Virus record (IMG/VR): IMGVR_UViG_3300021963_000087
Coordinates: 64,001-79,174 of that record
Length of the DNA: 15,174 nt
DNA from: a virus
Taxonomy: Duplodnaviria > Heunggongvirae > Uroviricota > Caudoviricetes
Direction: 5' to 3' (one strand)
In this document: positions 1-8,119 of the stretch, one piece after another
Layout of the letters: every line of letters begins with the position of its first letter
Numbering within the stretch: position 1 is the stretch's first letter
Made by a program: the position numbers and the translations under genes
Notes under the pieces: model-generated
Told to the model about the DNA's origin: nothing
The model's input: only the letters and a program-made list of their open reading frames with translations
Databases searched by the model: none

Positions 1-2
1 AC

Positions 3-317
3 CTTAAGTCATTAGAAAAGATAAGAGGTAGTCTTATTCCTATCAAATGTGCAACCATTACCAAGGGACGTGAGTATTGGGAAGAAGTAGAAAAGAATGT
101 AGTTAACTTAAAAGAAGGCTATACTCCTGAAGAGTATGAAGAGTTCTTGAGTAAGTTAGATTACGAATATGATAGTGGATATGGTGGTCAAGAGTTATAC
201 GGAACTGTATGGTTAATGGAAGAGGGTAGTTGGTATGAAAGAGGTGAATATGATGGATCGGAGTGGTGGGAGTATAAAAGGTGTCCTTCAATTCCAAATG
301 AATTAAAAGCAAACTAA
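3..317 (+). CDS. 5'-truncated conserved phage hypothetical protein (YDSGYGGQELYGTVW...RGEYDGSEWW)
   Basis: Open frame from 3 to TAA at 315-317, translated by hand; absent from the ORF track because its start lies outside the window. The motif is recalled from other phage hypothetical proteins. Confidence 0.85.
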   Translation, partial: LKSLEKIRGSLIPIKCATITKGREYWEEVEKNVVNLKEGYTPEEYEEFLSKLDYEYDSGYGGQELYGTVWLMEEGSWYERGEYDGSEWWEYKRCPSIPNELKAN

Positions 318-318
318 T

Positions 319-633
319 ATGAAAACATTTAACGATTTAGTATTTAAAGAACATCCTCGAAATGAACCTCTTGCAAAGAGTAATCTAACTGTCTTTGGTG
401 ATGGAACTCTATACTATGGTGTAGTGTCTAGACTTACATTCGATAACGGATATGGTGTATCGGTCGTGAAGGGTCCTTTCTCTTATGGTGGTGATAAGGG
501 TTTGTATGAAGTAGCTATCCTAGGTAAGGATGGTCAGTTAAGCTACGATACTCCTATTGCCAACGATACTATTGGATCCTTGACCGAAGAAGGAGTAACT
601 GATATAATGAAACAAATACAAGAACTGATTTAA
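319..633 (+). CDS. conserved phage hypothetical protein (FDNGYGVSVV...SYGG..GLYEVA)
   Basis: 104 aa ORF starting 1 nt after the previous stop; A-rich start context. Confidence 0.85.
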   Translation: MKTFNDLVFKEHPRNEPLAKSNLTVFGDGTLYYGVVSRLTFDNGYGVSVVKGPFSYGGDKGLYEVAILGKDGQLSYDTPIANDTIGSLTEEGVTDIMKQIQELI

Positions 634-643
634 AAGATTACAT

Positions 644-853
644 ATGAAGCTATACAGATTAATTGTTATAACACCTACAACAAACATTAATAGAGGAGTG
701 TGGGCAGATTACATAAGAGTGGATGAGAATACTATTTCCTTTCTCGATGAGAATAGAGATGAGCTAGCTATGTATCCAATCAGAAGTACGATCATTACAA
801 GTATTGAAACTAAAGAAGAGTACGACAACCGTAAATCAAATGAATCATTATGA
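644..853 (+). CDS. hypothetical protein
   Basis: 69 aa ORF in operon; ATGA overlap with the next gene. Confidence 0.75.
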   Translation: MKLYRLIVITPTTNINRGVWADYIRVDENTISFLDENRDELAMYPIRSTIITSIETKEEYDNRKSNESL

Positions 854-1113
854 AAAAAGATTATTTAGATTATTTAATATACGCTTTTGCTTTCTTCGCA
901 ATCGTAATAGGATTACTCTTTGTTACCACAGATTTTAAGAAAGCACCTGAAGCAGTACCAGATTGTCAACACACTGTTGATAGCTTACGAGATGAATTGT
1001 TTATACAAAAGAGTTACGCAGGCAGATATGAATTAGCTTTAGAGTATTTACAAGAAGTAGATCCTGAAGCTGCTAAGAAATTTAATGACTATTTAGAACA
1101 CGAAACAGAATAA
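850..1113 (+). CDS. N-terminally membrane-anchored hypothetical protein
   Basis: Hydrophobic stretch YLIYAFAFFAIVIGLLFV followed by a helical, charged C-terminus. Confidence 0.8.
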   Translation: MKKDYLDYLIYAFAFFAIVIGLLFVTTDFKKAPEAVPDCQHTVDSLRDELFIQKSYAGRYELALEYLQEVDPEAAKKFNDYLEHETE

Positions 1114-1115
1114 TT

Positions 1116-1364
1116 ATGGCTACCTCAAAGAAAAAGAAAACCCAACCCCTACAAGTAAACGTTGAAGGAGCTTTACAAGCTACCAACCAAACAATGGAAC
1201 CTTTAACAACTCCACCCTTCTCTCTAGATTTTAACTTTGGATTAGGAATTAGAACTATCGTCTTGCCAAATGGTATGGATGTTCTAACCATAGCTAGAAT
1301 CTATACAGACTTATTGGATAAGTATGAAGTGAAGTATGAGATTGTAGACAAACCAATCAGCTAA
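1116..1364 (+). CDS. hypothetical protein
   Basis: 82 aa ORF tightly packed between its neighbours. Confidence 0.75.
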   Translation: MATSKKKKTQPLQVNVEGALQATNQTMEPLTTPPFSLDFNFGLGIRTIVLPNGMDVLTIARIYTDLLDKYEVKYEIVDKPIS

Positions 1365-1365
1365 T

Positions 1366-1641
1366 ATGAATGAAATTAATCTAGGACAAGGCTCTAACTT
1401 TATCTACAAAACTGCACAGACAGTTACAATGTGGGATCATTTAACAGTTATTAATGAAGGCAAAATAGTTACTTTGGATATTAAGATCGAAGCTGACTTT
1501 GCAACCATCCCAGAAGATTACCAAGAAATCTTTTTAAATATGATGACTTCTAGATACTATGGTAGAGCTTCTTTCGGAGACAATCCTTTCAGCCAATGTG
1601 TTCCAGTTAAGAAACGTAAATGGTGGCAGCTATGGAAATAA
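1366..1641 (+). CDS. hypothetical protein with C-terminal KKRKWWQLWK amphipathic tail
   Basis: 91 aa ORF, tight packing. Confidence 0.75.
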   Translation: MNEINLGQGSNFIYKTAQTVTMWDHLTVINEGKIVTLDIKIEADFATIPEDYQEIFLNMMTSRYYGRASFGDNPFSQCVPVKKRKWWQLWK

Positions 1642-1820
1642 ACGACGGACATTACCTAGAGCTAATGGATAGGCTACACATAGTGAACTGTACGATAGAA
1701 GATCACATACTAGAACATCCTCTAACTACTTCATTACCAGAAGTTGAGAAGCTTGTCGAAGAAGCTCAAATTAAACTCTACGAAGCTTACCAGATAGTTG
1801 GATCTCTTTCTCCAGGCTAA
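1632..1820 (+). CDS. hypothetical protein (start moved to ATG 1632)
   Basis: The in-frame ATG at 1632 gives a shorter overlap than the track start at 1620; 62 aa. Confidence 0.7.
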   Translation: MEINDGHYLELMDRLHIVNCTIEDHILEHPLTTSLPEVEKLVEEAQIKLYEAYQIVGSLSPG

Positions 1821-1822
1821 AC

Positions 1823-1830
1823 TATTTATA
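1823..1830 (+). promoter_or_regulatory. TATTTATA, candidate phage late-promoter motif
   Basis: Also found upstream of the genes at 2500 (2479-2486) and 7636 (7568-7575). An AT-only 8-mer can occur by chance. Confidence 0.35.
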
Positions 1831-1846
1831 TGTATAATATAATAGT

Positions 1847-2446
1847 ATGCCAGATTTACCAATATCGGGTCTTCCCGCAATAACCGTCCCTAGTAGTTCG
1901 TATCTCCTTGCAGCAGTGAGTGCAAGTGTGACTTCTAAAATGACTGTTGCTCAGTTAGGTACAGCTTTAAGTTCTACTTATACTCCTACAGCTTACCTAT
2001 CTGCCTTCCACACAGCTTCTTTAATTGTAACTTCTCCCAATACTCCGTGTACAATGTCTTATAGTACAGTTGACTTTTCTCAAGGAGTTACAATATCAGG
2101 ATCTTATAGTGATATGATTAAGGTAACTAACGGAGGAATTTACAATCTTCAATTCTCAGCAGCTACTACAAAAACTACTGGAACTACAGCAACTGTTGAT
2201 ATTTGGCTAAGAAAGAACGGAAGTAACCTATCCAACACAAATACAATAGTTACTCTAGCTGGAGGTTCAAACGACTTTGCTGTTCCAGCTTGGAATTTCT
2301 TTGTATCGGCTTCAGCTGGAGACTATTTCCAGCTAATGTTTGCATCACCTACAACAAATCCCTACATTGCCTATTCTGCCTCTGGAAGCACTGGAGTAGC
2401 TGTAGCAGTTCCTTCTGTAATATTAACTGTGAACAGAGTAGCATAA
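1847..2446 (+). CDS. C1q/BclA-C-terminal-like jelly-roll protein, probable virion surface protein
   Basis: Ser/Thr-rich; N-terminal PDLPISGLP; beta-rich C-terminal domain (G.YNLQFSA...VDIWLRKNG...AWNFF...GDYFQL...PSVILTVN). Confidence 0.6.
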   Translation: MPDLPISGLPAITVPSSSYLLAAVSASVTSKMTVAQLGTALSSTYTPTAYLSAFHTASLIVTSPNTPCTMSYSTVDFSQGVTISGSYSDMIKVTNGGIYNLQFSAATTKTTGTTATVDIWLRKNGSNLSNTNTIVTLAGGSNDFAVPAWNFFVSASAGDYFQLMFASPTTNPYIAYSASGSTGVAVAVPSVILTVNRVA

Positions 2447-2461
2447 TTATCCGGGAATACC

Positions 2462-2500
2462 TAGGCTAGCTTGATATTTATTTATATAAAAGCTAGTCTA
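2462..2500. repeat. intergenic inverted repeat TAGGCTAGCTT / AAGCTAGTCTA enclosing a TATTTATA motif
   Basis: 10 of 11 bp pair, with a 17-nt AT-rich loop; ends at the next ATG. Confidence 0.7.
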
Positions 2501-3093
2501 TGAATAAGAATGTCCAAGAGTTCGTGAACTTTGTTAAGTCCGAATGTAAAGCAAATGGTATCAAAGTGGATCTTAGAAAGCGAAAGTATCTAGTCCTGTC
2601 GGGTAACATTAAGTGTAGCGGATACTTCGATTCAGAAGAAAAAAAGCTTGTAGTGGCAACTGAAAGAGAGGATTGGGTGCCAATCCTAGTTCACGAGTTT
2701 GCCCACTTTACCCAATGGATGGATAACTGTCCTGTGTGGAGAACCTCGGGAAATTCCCTTGAAGCTGTTGATTTATGGTTAGGTGGTAAGGATGTACCAA
2801 ACATCAAGAAATCTCTTGGTAAATGCAGGGATTTGGAACTAGACAACGAGAAAAGATCAGTAGCAATCATTAAGGCTTGGGAATTACCAGTAGACATCAA
2901 AACCTATACTCAAAAGGCTAACGCTTATGTTCAGTTCTACAACTGGATGTTCTTTACTAGACGTTGGTGCACTCCTCAGAATAGTCCTTACAAGAATCCT
3001 AAGATTTACGGAGAAATGCCTACTACCTTTAGGATGAATTATAAAAATATGGGAGAAAAGTATAAAAAGATCTTCCAAGCCGCGGGTATTTAA
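2500..3093 (+). CDS. HExxH (zincin-like) putative metallopeptidase
   Basis: ILVHEFAHF motif preceded by a CSGYF strand and followed by a downstream ELDNE candidate third ligand. Confidence 0.6.
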   Translation: MNKNVQEFVNFVKSECKANGIKVDLRKRKYLVLSGNIKCSGYFDSEEKKLVVATEREDWVPILVHEFAHFTQWMDNCPVWRTSGNSLEAVDLWLGGKDVPNIKKSLGKCRDLELDNEKRSVAIIKAWELPVDIKTYTQKANAYVQFYNWMFFTRRWCTPQNSPYKNPKIYGEMPTTFRMNYKNMGEKYKKIFQAAGI

Positions 3094-3116
3094 AATAAAA
3101 GTAGTAAATTTAGGTT

Positions 3117-3818
3117 ATGAAAATAACATGCATTAGTGATACTCACAACTTTCATAAGTATTTGACCTCAAAAGGAATGGGTAGCACTTTACAAGATTCA
3201 GATCTCCTAATCCACTCAGGAGACTTAACAGGAACTGGTCGTAAGGATGAAGTTGAGGAAGTACTTCAATGGTTTAAAGAGATAGCTTCTCGCTATACTC
3301 ACGGCATAGCATTCATAGCAGGCAACCATGATAGATCATTCGATCCTAAATTCAATTACCTAGACAACCAAAGAAAGAAACCAGATTGGTTAGAAGAGAA
3401 GTTAGCATCTCTTCCCAACAACATACATTACTTAGAGAATAGTGGCTTGACTATAGAAGGATTAAAGATATGGGGTAGTCCTATCACTCCTTGGTTCTAT
3501 GGAGATCGTTGGGCATTTAATAAACATAGAGGTGCTGAAATTAATGAAGTATGGAATACTATTCCAAACGATACTGATGTAATAATTACACACGGACCTC
3601 CAGCTAAGATTAGAGACTTCATTCCATCTTCTAGGGAGTATGTTGGCTGCTCAGACTTATTACATAGAATACAAGTAGTACTACCCAAGCTAGTAGTATT
3701 TGGACATATTCATGAAAGCTACGGAATGCAGACAATGGATGATACAATTTACGCCAATGCTAGTATCTGCGATGCTAACTACGATCCAACTAATAAACCT
3801 TTTGTAATACAGTTGTAA
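3117..3818 (+). CDS. calcineurin-like metallophosphoesterase
   Basis: Canonical motifs ISDTH, HSGDL, GNHD, THGPP and FGHIHE. Confidence 0.95.
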   Translation: MKITCISDTHNFHKYLTSKGMGSTLQDSDLLIHSGDLTGTGRKDEVEEVLQWFKEIASRYTHGIAFIAGNHDRSFDPKFNYLDNQRKKPDWLEEKLASLPNNIHYLENSGLTIEGLKIWGSPITPWFYGDRWAFNKHRGAEINEVWNTIPNDTDVIITHGPPAKIRDFIPSSREYVGCSDLLHRIQVVLPKLVVFGHIHESYGMQTMDDTIYANASICDANYDPTNKPFVIQL

Positions 3819-4432
3819 TGAAAAGCAAGTTCTACAAACCAACCCCATTCAAAGAAAGAATTAAAGACTTCTTTCAGAGCCTTTTATTTTGGAAAGGTAG
3901 AAAGAAAGGGATGTGTCACACAAGAGATATTACTTGGGAGGACATTAGAAAAGTATTCTTTCCTAAAGACTTCTACGAGAAGTACCATTACTTAGGATCG
4001 GTTCCCTATAGAGAAGTAGGACCTATCTTTGAAGCAATGGAGCCTTTAGTTATCTTTATGGATTACAAAGCAAAACCTTGGTGGTGTCCGAGATGGTTCT
4101 TAAGATTCCTACATCTGTTTGGAGATGATAATTCTATAGTAAGAGTTAGAAATAGATTTCTAAGCAATCTAAAATCTAAGATTACAGGGTATATTATGAT
4201 AATGGATTACAAGACTAAGTGGCAGTATTATGATTTAAGAATATCAGTTGTAGGAGATAGGCAAGTGCAGAATTTAGCAGATGCTATTGAGAGTAGATAC
4301 TATGAAGTAGGTTATAGAACAGATCTTGCAGATAAGATCAAAGAGTTAGACCCTGACACAGTTTTTAATTCAGGCTATACGCTTAGCAGTTTGAAGGCAG
4401 AATTAACAAAATTAGGATACGAAGAATATTAA
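3818..4432 (+). CDS. hypothetical protein (aromatic-rich, KPWWCPRWF)
   Basis: 204 aa ORF; TAATG overlap with the upstream gene. Confidence 0.8.
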   Translation: MKSKFYKPTPFKERIKDFFQSLLFWKGRKKGMCHTRDITWEDIRKVFFPKDFYEKYHYLGSVPYREVGPIFEAMEPLVIFMDYKAKPWWCPRWFLRFLHLFGDDNSIVRVRNRFLSNLKSKITGYIMIMDYKTKWQYYDLRISVVGDRQVQNLADAIESRYYEVGYRTDLADKIKELDPDTVFNSGYTLSSLKAELTKLGYEEY

Positions 4433-4443
4433 AATAAAACAAT

Positions 4444-4773
4444 ATGATAAGTTTCAACAAGTATGCAGGTACACAAGTAAAGGTTACCAAGCTAATGGAT
4501 AATAAATTTGGAGGAGACCATCCTAGTGGTATTAACGAAGGCTATGTTAAGATAGGATTTGTGAATGTAGATGAGTCTAACAACATTCAGTCTCTTTTAG
4601 TTATTGCAGGAGGTAGGTTCTTTCATACTTCTCATGTACAAAAGTTAGAAGAGCATGAAGGTTTTGACTTACTAACTACTTTAAACTCAGTGTATAGGGT
4701 AGAGCCTATGTTTGATGCCTTACCAGGAGTTCAAGAAAAGTATTCAATTAAAATAGAAGAAGATGAGCAATAG
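4444..4773 (+). CDS. conserved phage hypothetical protein (HPSGINEGY...FHTS.V...TLNSVY)
   Basis: 109 aa ORF with an A-rich start context. Confidence 0.8.
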   Translation: MISFNKYAGTQVKVTKLMDNKFGGDHPSGINEGYVKIGFVNVDESNNIQSLLVIAGGRFFHTSHVQKLEEHEGFDLLTTLNSVYRVEPMFDALPGVQEKYSIKIEEDEQ

Positions 4774-4975
4774 TGAAGATCCAATGTTAGAGAATAACAG
4801 CTATTGGGATATAGATATTCTAAATAAGTACAACCGTCCTATAAACAAGAAGATAAAGGAATGGCAAGAGAATTATGATAAAGCTTCTAGTTGGCTTGGA
4901 AAATGGTACTGCCAGATTCAAATAGACAAGTACAGAAGTAAGTTACACCATTATAAAGATAAAACAGATGAGTAA
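4763..4975 (+). CDS. hypothetical protein
   Basis: 70 aa ORF with short overlaps on both sides. Confidence 0.7.
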   Translation: MSNSEDPMLENNSYWDIDILNKYNRPINKKIKEWQENYDKASSWLGKWYCQIQIDKYRSKLHHYKDKTDE

Positions 4976-5429
4976 GAAGATTTGGTTATACTTGGATGAT
5001 GTTAGGATTCCTACCTCCGAAGATTGGTTAGTTGTTAGAAGTTATGATGCATTTATATCTCAAATTAGATTGAATGGTTTAGAAAACTTTGAGTTGATCT
5101 CTTTGGATCATGATCTTGGGGATACTGCTATGAGTGAATACTATACTAATGCTAAACCTAACTACCAGATTAACTACAATAACATATTAGAAAAGACTGG
5201 AATGGATTGTGTGAAGTGGTTAGTAAACCATAGTATTAATACAAAGATTCCTTTGCCTACAGTTAAGGTACACTCAGCTAATCCTATAGGAGCGGCTAAC
5301 ATGATGGGGTACATTAATAATTACTATAAGAACTGTGGTCAGCCAGAAGTATGTACGAAGATTGAAATAACTCACACCTATCTTAATCCACTGACTCCAG
5401 ATGAAAGGGTAGCCAAGTATAAAAAGTAA
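4968..5429 (+). CDS. cyclic-phosphate-processing receiver-domain protein
   Basis: Motifs LYLDDVR.P, ISLDHDLG, TGMDCVKWL and VHSANP.GA.NM match this stand-alone receiver family. Confidence 0.8.
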   Translation: MSKKIWLYLDDVRIPTSEDWLVVRSYDAFISQIRLNGLENFELISLDHDLGDTAMSEYYTNAKPNYQINYNNILEKTGMDCVKWLVNHSINTKIPLPTVKVHSANPIGAANMMGYINNYYKNCGQPEVCTKIEITHTYLNPLTPDERVAKYKK

Positions 5430-5435
5430 ATTAAT

Positions 5436-5687
5436 ATGGCGAAAGCAATTTTAGAATATAATTTAGATGAACGTGATGATATTGAAGCACATTTACGTGC
5501 AGTCAAATCATTAGACATGGCTCTAGCTCTATGGGATATGGATCAGTATCTTAGAGCTAAGATGAAATATGGCAATAATGATTGTGAGCTAAGTGATGAT
5601 GCTTATAAAGCTCTAGAAGATGCTAGAGAGGAATTGAGGGGATTTATGAGTAGTAGAGGGATTAATTTAGATGAATTAATTAGCTAA
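5436..5687 (+). CDS. conserved phage hypothetical protein (KAILEYNL...ALWDMDQYLR)
   Basis: 83 aa ORF in operon. Confidence 0.8.
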   Translation: MAKAILEYNLDERDDIEAHLRAVKSLDMALALWDMDQYLRAKMKYGNNDCELSDDAYKALEDAREELRGFMSSRGINLDELIS

Positions 5688-5688
5688 T

Positions 5689-5805
5689 ATGATAATAGTT
5701 TACATGTCAGAAACTCTTAAGCTCCTAAAGGAGTTCCCTAAACCTACTAGGGTAGAACAAACGGAGAGAGGTACCTATGTAGTGTACGAACTTCCTGTAG
5801 AATAA
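5689..5805 (+). CDS. small hypothetical protein, 38 aa (MIIVYMSETLKLL...YELPVE)
   Basis: Translated by hand; starts 1 nt after the upstream stop; below the ORF-track size cutoff. Confidence 0.55.
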   Translation: MIIVYMSETLKLLKEFPKPTRVEQTERGTYVVYELPVE

Positions 5806-5828
5806 GTAAGCAAGTCCTAAAAAAATAG

Positions 5829-5859
5829 TTGCTAGTATCAAATATACTAGCTATTTTTA
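5829..5859 (+). promoter_or_regulatory. Bacteroidota-type promoter P1 with hairpin spacer
   Basis: TTG-N20-TAttTTTA; the spacer contains GCTAGTAT/ATACTAGC. Confidence 0.7.
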
Positions 5860-5877
5860 TGTCCTTAAATGAAAGTT

Positions 5878-6138
5878 ATGATGAAACAAATCTGGAAATA
5901 CACAGTAGACAATATTATCGAGATACCAAAGGGAGCTGAGGTTTTAACAGTTCAGATACAGAGTGCGTTCAATCCATGTATTTGGGTTAAAGTAAATCCT
6001 GAAAACGAGTTAGAAAAAAGACAGTTTGTAGTTATTGGGACTGGTCAATCGTTTGATGATACTAATTACAAGTATATTGGAACCTACCAAGATGCTCCAT
6101 TTGTATGGCATTTATTTGAAAAAACTATAAATAATTGA
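5878..6138 (+). CDS. conserved phage protein (probably DUF7352-like); start moved to 5878
   Basis: QIWKY...IPKGAEVLTVQ.Q...CIW..V.P...R.F.VIGTG...YIGT.Q...FVWHLFE; the AAAGTTATG start context is seen elsewhere in the window. Confidence 0.75.
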   Translation: MMKQIWKYTVDNIIEIPKGAEVLTVQIQSAFNPCIWVKVNPENELEKRQFVVIGTGQSFDDTNYKYIGTYQDAPFVWHLFEKTINN

Positions 6139-6140
6139 TC

Positions 6141-6332
6141 ATGGGATGGAAATCAACAGTTGACATTACAAGAGAGCAAGCAATACAACTTGCTACTAGA
6201 GAGTTAGCTAAGAAGATAGGAGAGATTCATACTATGTCCGATACTCAACTAGAAGACTATCTAGAGGAATTAGGGTATGGAGAGACTCAGGGTATGGAAT
6301 TTTTTGGACATAATTTTAGAATAGTAGATTAA
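6141..6332 (+). CDS. hypothetical protein (start at ATG 6141)
   Basis: ATG 2 nt after the upstream stop is preferred over TTG 6135. Confidence 0.7.
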   Translation: MGWKSTVDITREQAIQLATRELAKKIGEIHTMSDTQLEDYLEELGYGETQGMEFFGHNFRIVD

Positions 6333-6341
6333 ATAAGATAT

Positions 6342-6590
6342 ATGAGATTCAAGTATAGAATAAGAGTATTCGATTATCCTCAAACACGTGAAGGAATATG
6401 TAATACGATAAAGCAGTATCAACCAGAACGTCGAGAAGATACCTTCATAGGAAGATTATGTGGATGGACATCTATTACAACGTATTCTTGTGATACAGAA
6501 GCAGATGCTAGACAGAAGATAGAGAATGATAAGATGCGTATGGAGGTTAAGTATAAAAGGCCTAAGTACAAGTACATAGACGTAAAATAA
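6342..6590 (+). CDS. hypothetical protein
   Basis: 82 aa ORF starting in the junction repeat. Confidence 0.75.
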   Translation: MRFKYRIRVFDYPQTREGICNTIKQYQPERREDTFIGRLCGWTSITTYSCDTEADARQKIENDKMRMEVKYKRPKYKYIDVK

Positions 6591-6595
6591 GATAT

Positions 6596-6865
6596 ATGAA
6601 ATACGAATATAACATTATAACCAATTCAGAGTATTTAGGAGATAGATTTTTAAATCATTTAGGAGAAGAAGGATGGGAGTTAATATCTCATACTTATATC
6701 TTTGATAGGCATATGCACTATTATGCATTCAAGAGAGAAAAAGAAGCTATTGATGTTAATGCTATACTATATAGAGATATACAGAATACAGTAATAGATT
6801 GGTCTAATGATGGAACAAAGACAGCAGGTGAATTAACGAGAAGCATATTAAAACTTATTAAATAA
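6596..6865 (+). CDS. hypothetical protein (N-terminus resembles DUF4177-type KYEY...LG.EGWELIS)
   Basis: 89 aa ORF starting in the junction repeat. Confidence 0.7.
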   Translation: MKYEYNIITNSEYLGDRFLNHLGEEGWELISHTYIFDRHMHYYAFKREKEAIDVNAILYRDIQNTVIDWSNDGTKTAGELTRSILKLIK

Positions 6866-6870
6866 GATAT

Positions 6871-7071
6871 ATGACAATTAAAGAATTAAAAGAGTTTGTT
6901 AATCTATTACCGGACACATTCAACGACTACGAAGTAGAGAATGCAGAATATATGGGAGGTAATAGTGAAGATGTGAAGTATCGTTTAGACAAGCCTGTAA
7001 TAGCTATATATGTTAGAGAAGATACTAAAGAGCTTTTATTAATGAATGCACCCATGGAGCAATATAAATAA
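6871..7071 (+). CDS. hypothetical protein (MTIKELKEF..LPD)
   Basis: 66 aa ORF starting in the junction repeat. Confidence 0.75.
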   Translation: MTIKELKEFVNLLPDTFNDYEVENAEYMGGNSEDVKYRLDKPVIAIYVREDTKELLLMNAPMEQYK

Positions 7072-7077
7072 GTATAT

Positions 7078-7239
7078 ATGAAAGAGCATTGGGGAGTTAG
7101 GGACATACGACATAACTACAAGACTAGGTTCCTAATCCCAAACCTACTTAGAAAGGCTAACAAGAAGCTTCCCCATGCAAGCTATAGGAATAGAGGAGAC
7201 TACGCGAGATACATCTCCATACGCTTCAAAAGCAATTAG
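7078..7239 (+). CDS. small basic hypothetical protein, 53 aa (MKEHWGVRDIRH...RFKSN)
   Basis: Translated by hand; starts in the junction-repeat variant; not in the track. Confidence 0.55.
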   Translation: MKEHWGVRDIRHNYKTRFLIPNLLRKANKKLPHASYRNRGDYARYISIRFKSN

Positions 7240-7630
7240 CTTCGTTTTAAAAAGGTCGTACCCAAGACACTACAACTACTCCAGCCCCCCTAAGAACTAT
7301 AAAAAAAGCCCTAAGCAAATAAGAATATAATAGGGGGAAGACTACTACGGGGGGCAATAAAAGAACTAGGGGGAGATACAATACTGGAGTGCATACAAAA
7401 AACCTATTAGTATAATAACAATAGAGGCTAGCCTAGAGAAAACGTAGGGGGGGAGAAAAGGATTGTGGGGGAGGGTAAGGGTTAAACAATAATGTTACCC
7501 AGCCCTCTATTTCCTTTCCCCAGCAAAATATATATGGTTAATGTGTATATGTATGTAGTCCCCCCTCTATTTATATGTGTATAGGGGGTAGGGTGCAATC
7601 CGATTCCACCCTAGTACTCCCAAAACAATT
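7240..7630. other. non-coding block with G/C runs and several imperfect hairpins
   Basis: No ORF; TAGGGGG at 7331, 7367, 7445 and 7582; hairpins at 7278-7390, 7447-7521, 7560-7588 and 7589-7613. Confidence 0.7.
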
Positions 7631-7635
7631 GCAAT

Positions 7636-7980
7636 ATGGCAAATAATTTATTTGAGGCTGAGAAGAAGTATTCGGTTTTCGAGATCACGAATTCAAGTAC
7701 CGGAAGTAAGAACTACGGGAAGAAGATCTATGTTGTGTCTAGTTATATGACAGAAGAAGATATCCTATCCAGGATTAGATCCATGCAAGACAGCAAGACA
7801 GGTAGGGGGGGAACTAAGGACCTATCCCAAGACATTAAATCCGCAGGGAAGGATTACAAAGAGGATTTTAAGGTAAGAACCGTGAGATCAGGTTTGACTA
7901 AAGATAATGCCGAAGCTATTAAATCCCGCTTTGTGGATAAGGCAGGGAAGGTTTACAACCAATCCCAAGCAGTAGTATAA
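7636..7980 (+). CDS. degenerate GIY-YIG-fold protein
   Basis: SVFEITN...KIYVVSS...LSR...F....SGLTK..AEAIK..F....YN follows the GIY-YIG layout; catalytic Glu apparently replaced by Lys. Confidence 0.55.
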   Translation: MANNLFEAEKKYSVFEITNSSTGSKNYGKKIYVVSSYMTEEDILSRIRSMQDSKTGRGGTKDLSQDIKSAGKDYKEDFKVRTVRSGLTKDNAEAIKSRFVDKAGKVYNQSQAVV

Positions 7981-8119
7981 TCCTACTTTAATTTTAATTT
8001 TCAAAATTTTTTTTGTATTCTTGGATTTGGGTTCAAATCGCATAGGCACGGCCTACCTCTGATCCCTCCAGGTTTCTTTTGAAAACCCGCCCGTCTGGGT
8101 ATGCCTCCCTTTGACAGCC

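Larger units (their letters stand above)
6331..7080 (+). repeat. AAATAAGATATATG gene-junction repeat
   Basis: Identical 14-mers at 6331-6344, 6585-6598 and 6860-6873, and a variant at 7066-7080; each ends in a start codon. Confidence 0.9.

Noticed and set aside
3105-3114. TAaaTTTAGG -7-like box before the metallophosphoesterase gene
   Set aside because: No TTG 19-20 nt upstream; at best a weak or leaderless promoter.
6126-7070. TATAAATA (T4 late promoter consensus) at 6126 and 7063
   Set aside because: A couple of copies are expected by chance at this AT content, and both overlap gene ends.
8023-8040. GGTTCAAATC, resembling a tRNA T-loop
   Set aside because: The flanks do not form a T-stem and there is no D-arm or acceptor stem; it folds instead as GATTTG/CAAATC.
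8087-8095. CCGCCCGTC, matching a conserved 16S rRNA stretch
   Set aside because: Only 9 nt, with no further rRNA similarity; the second motif copy does not extend the match.
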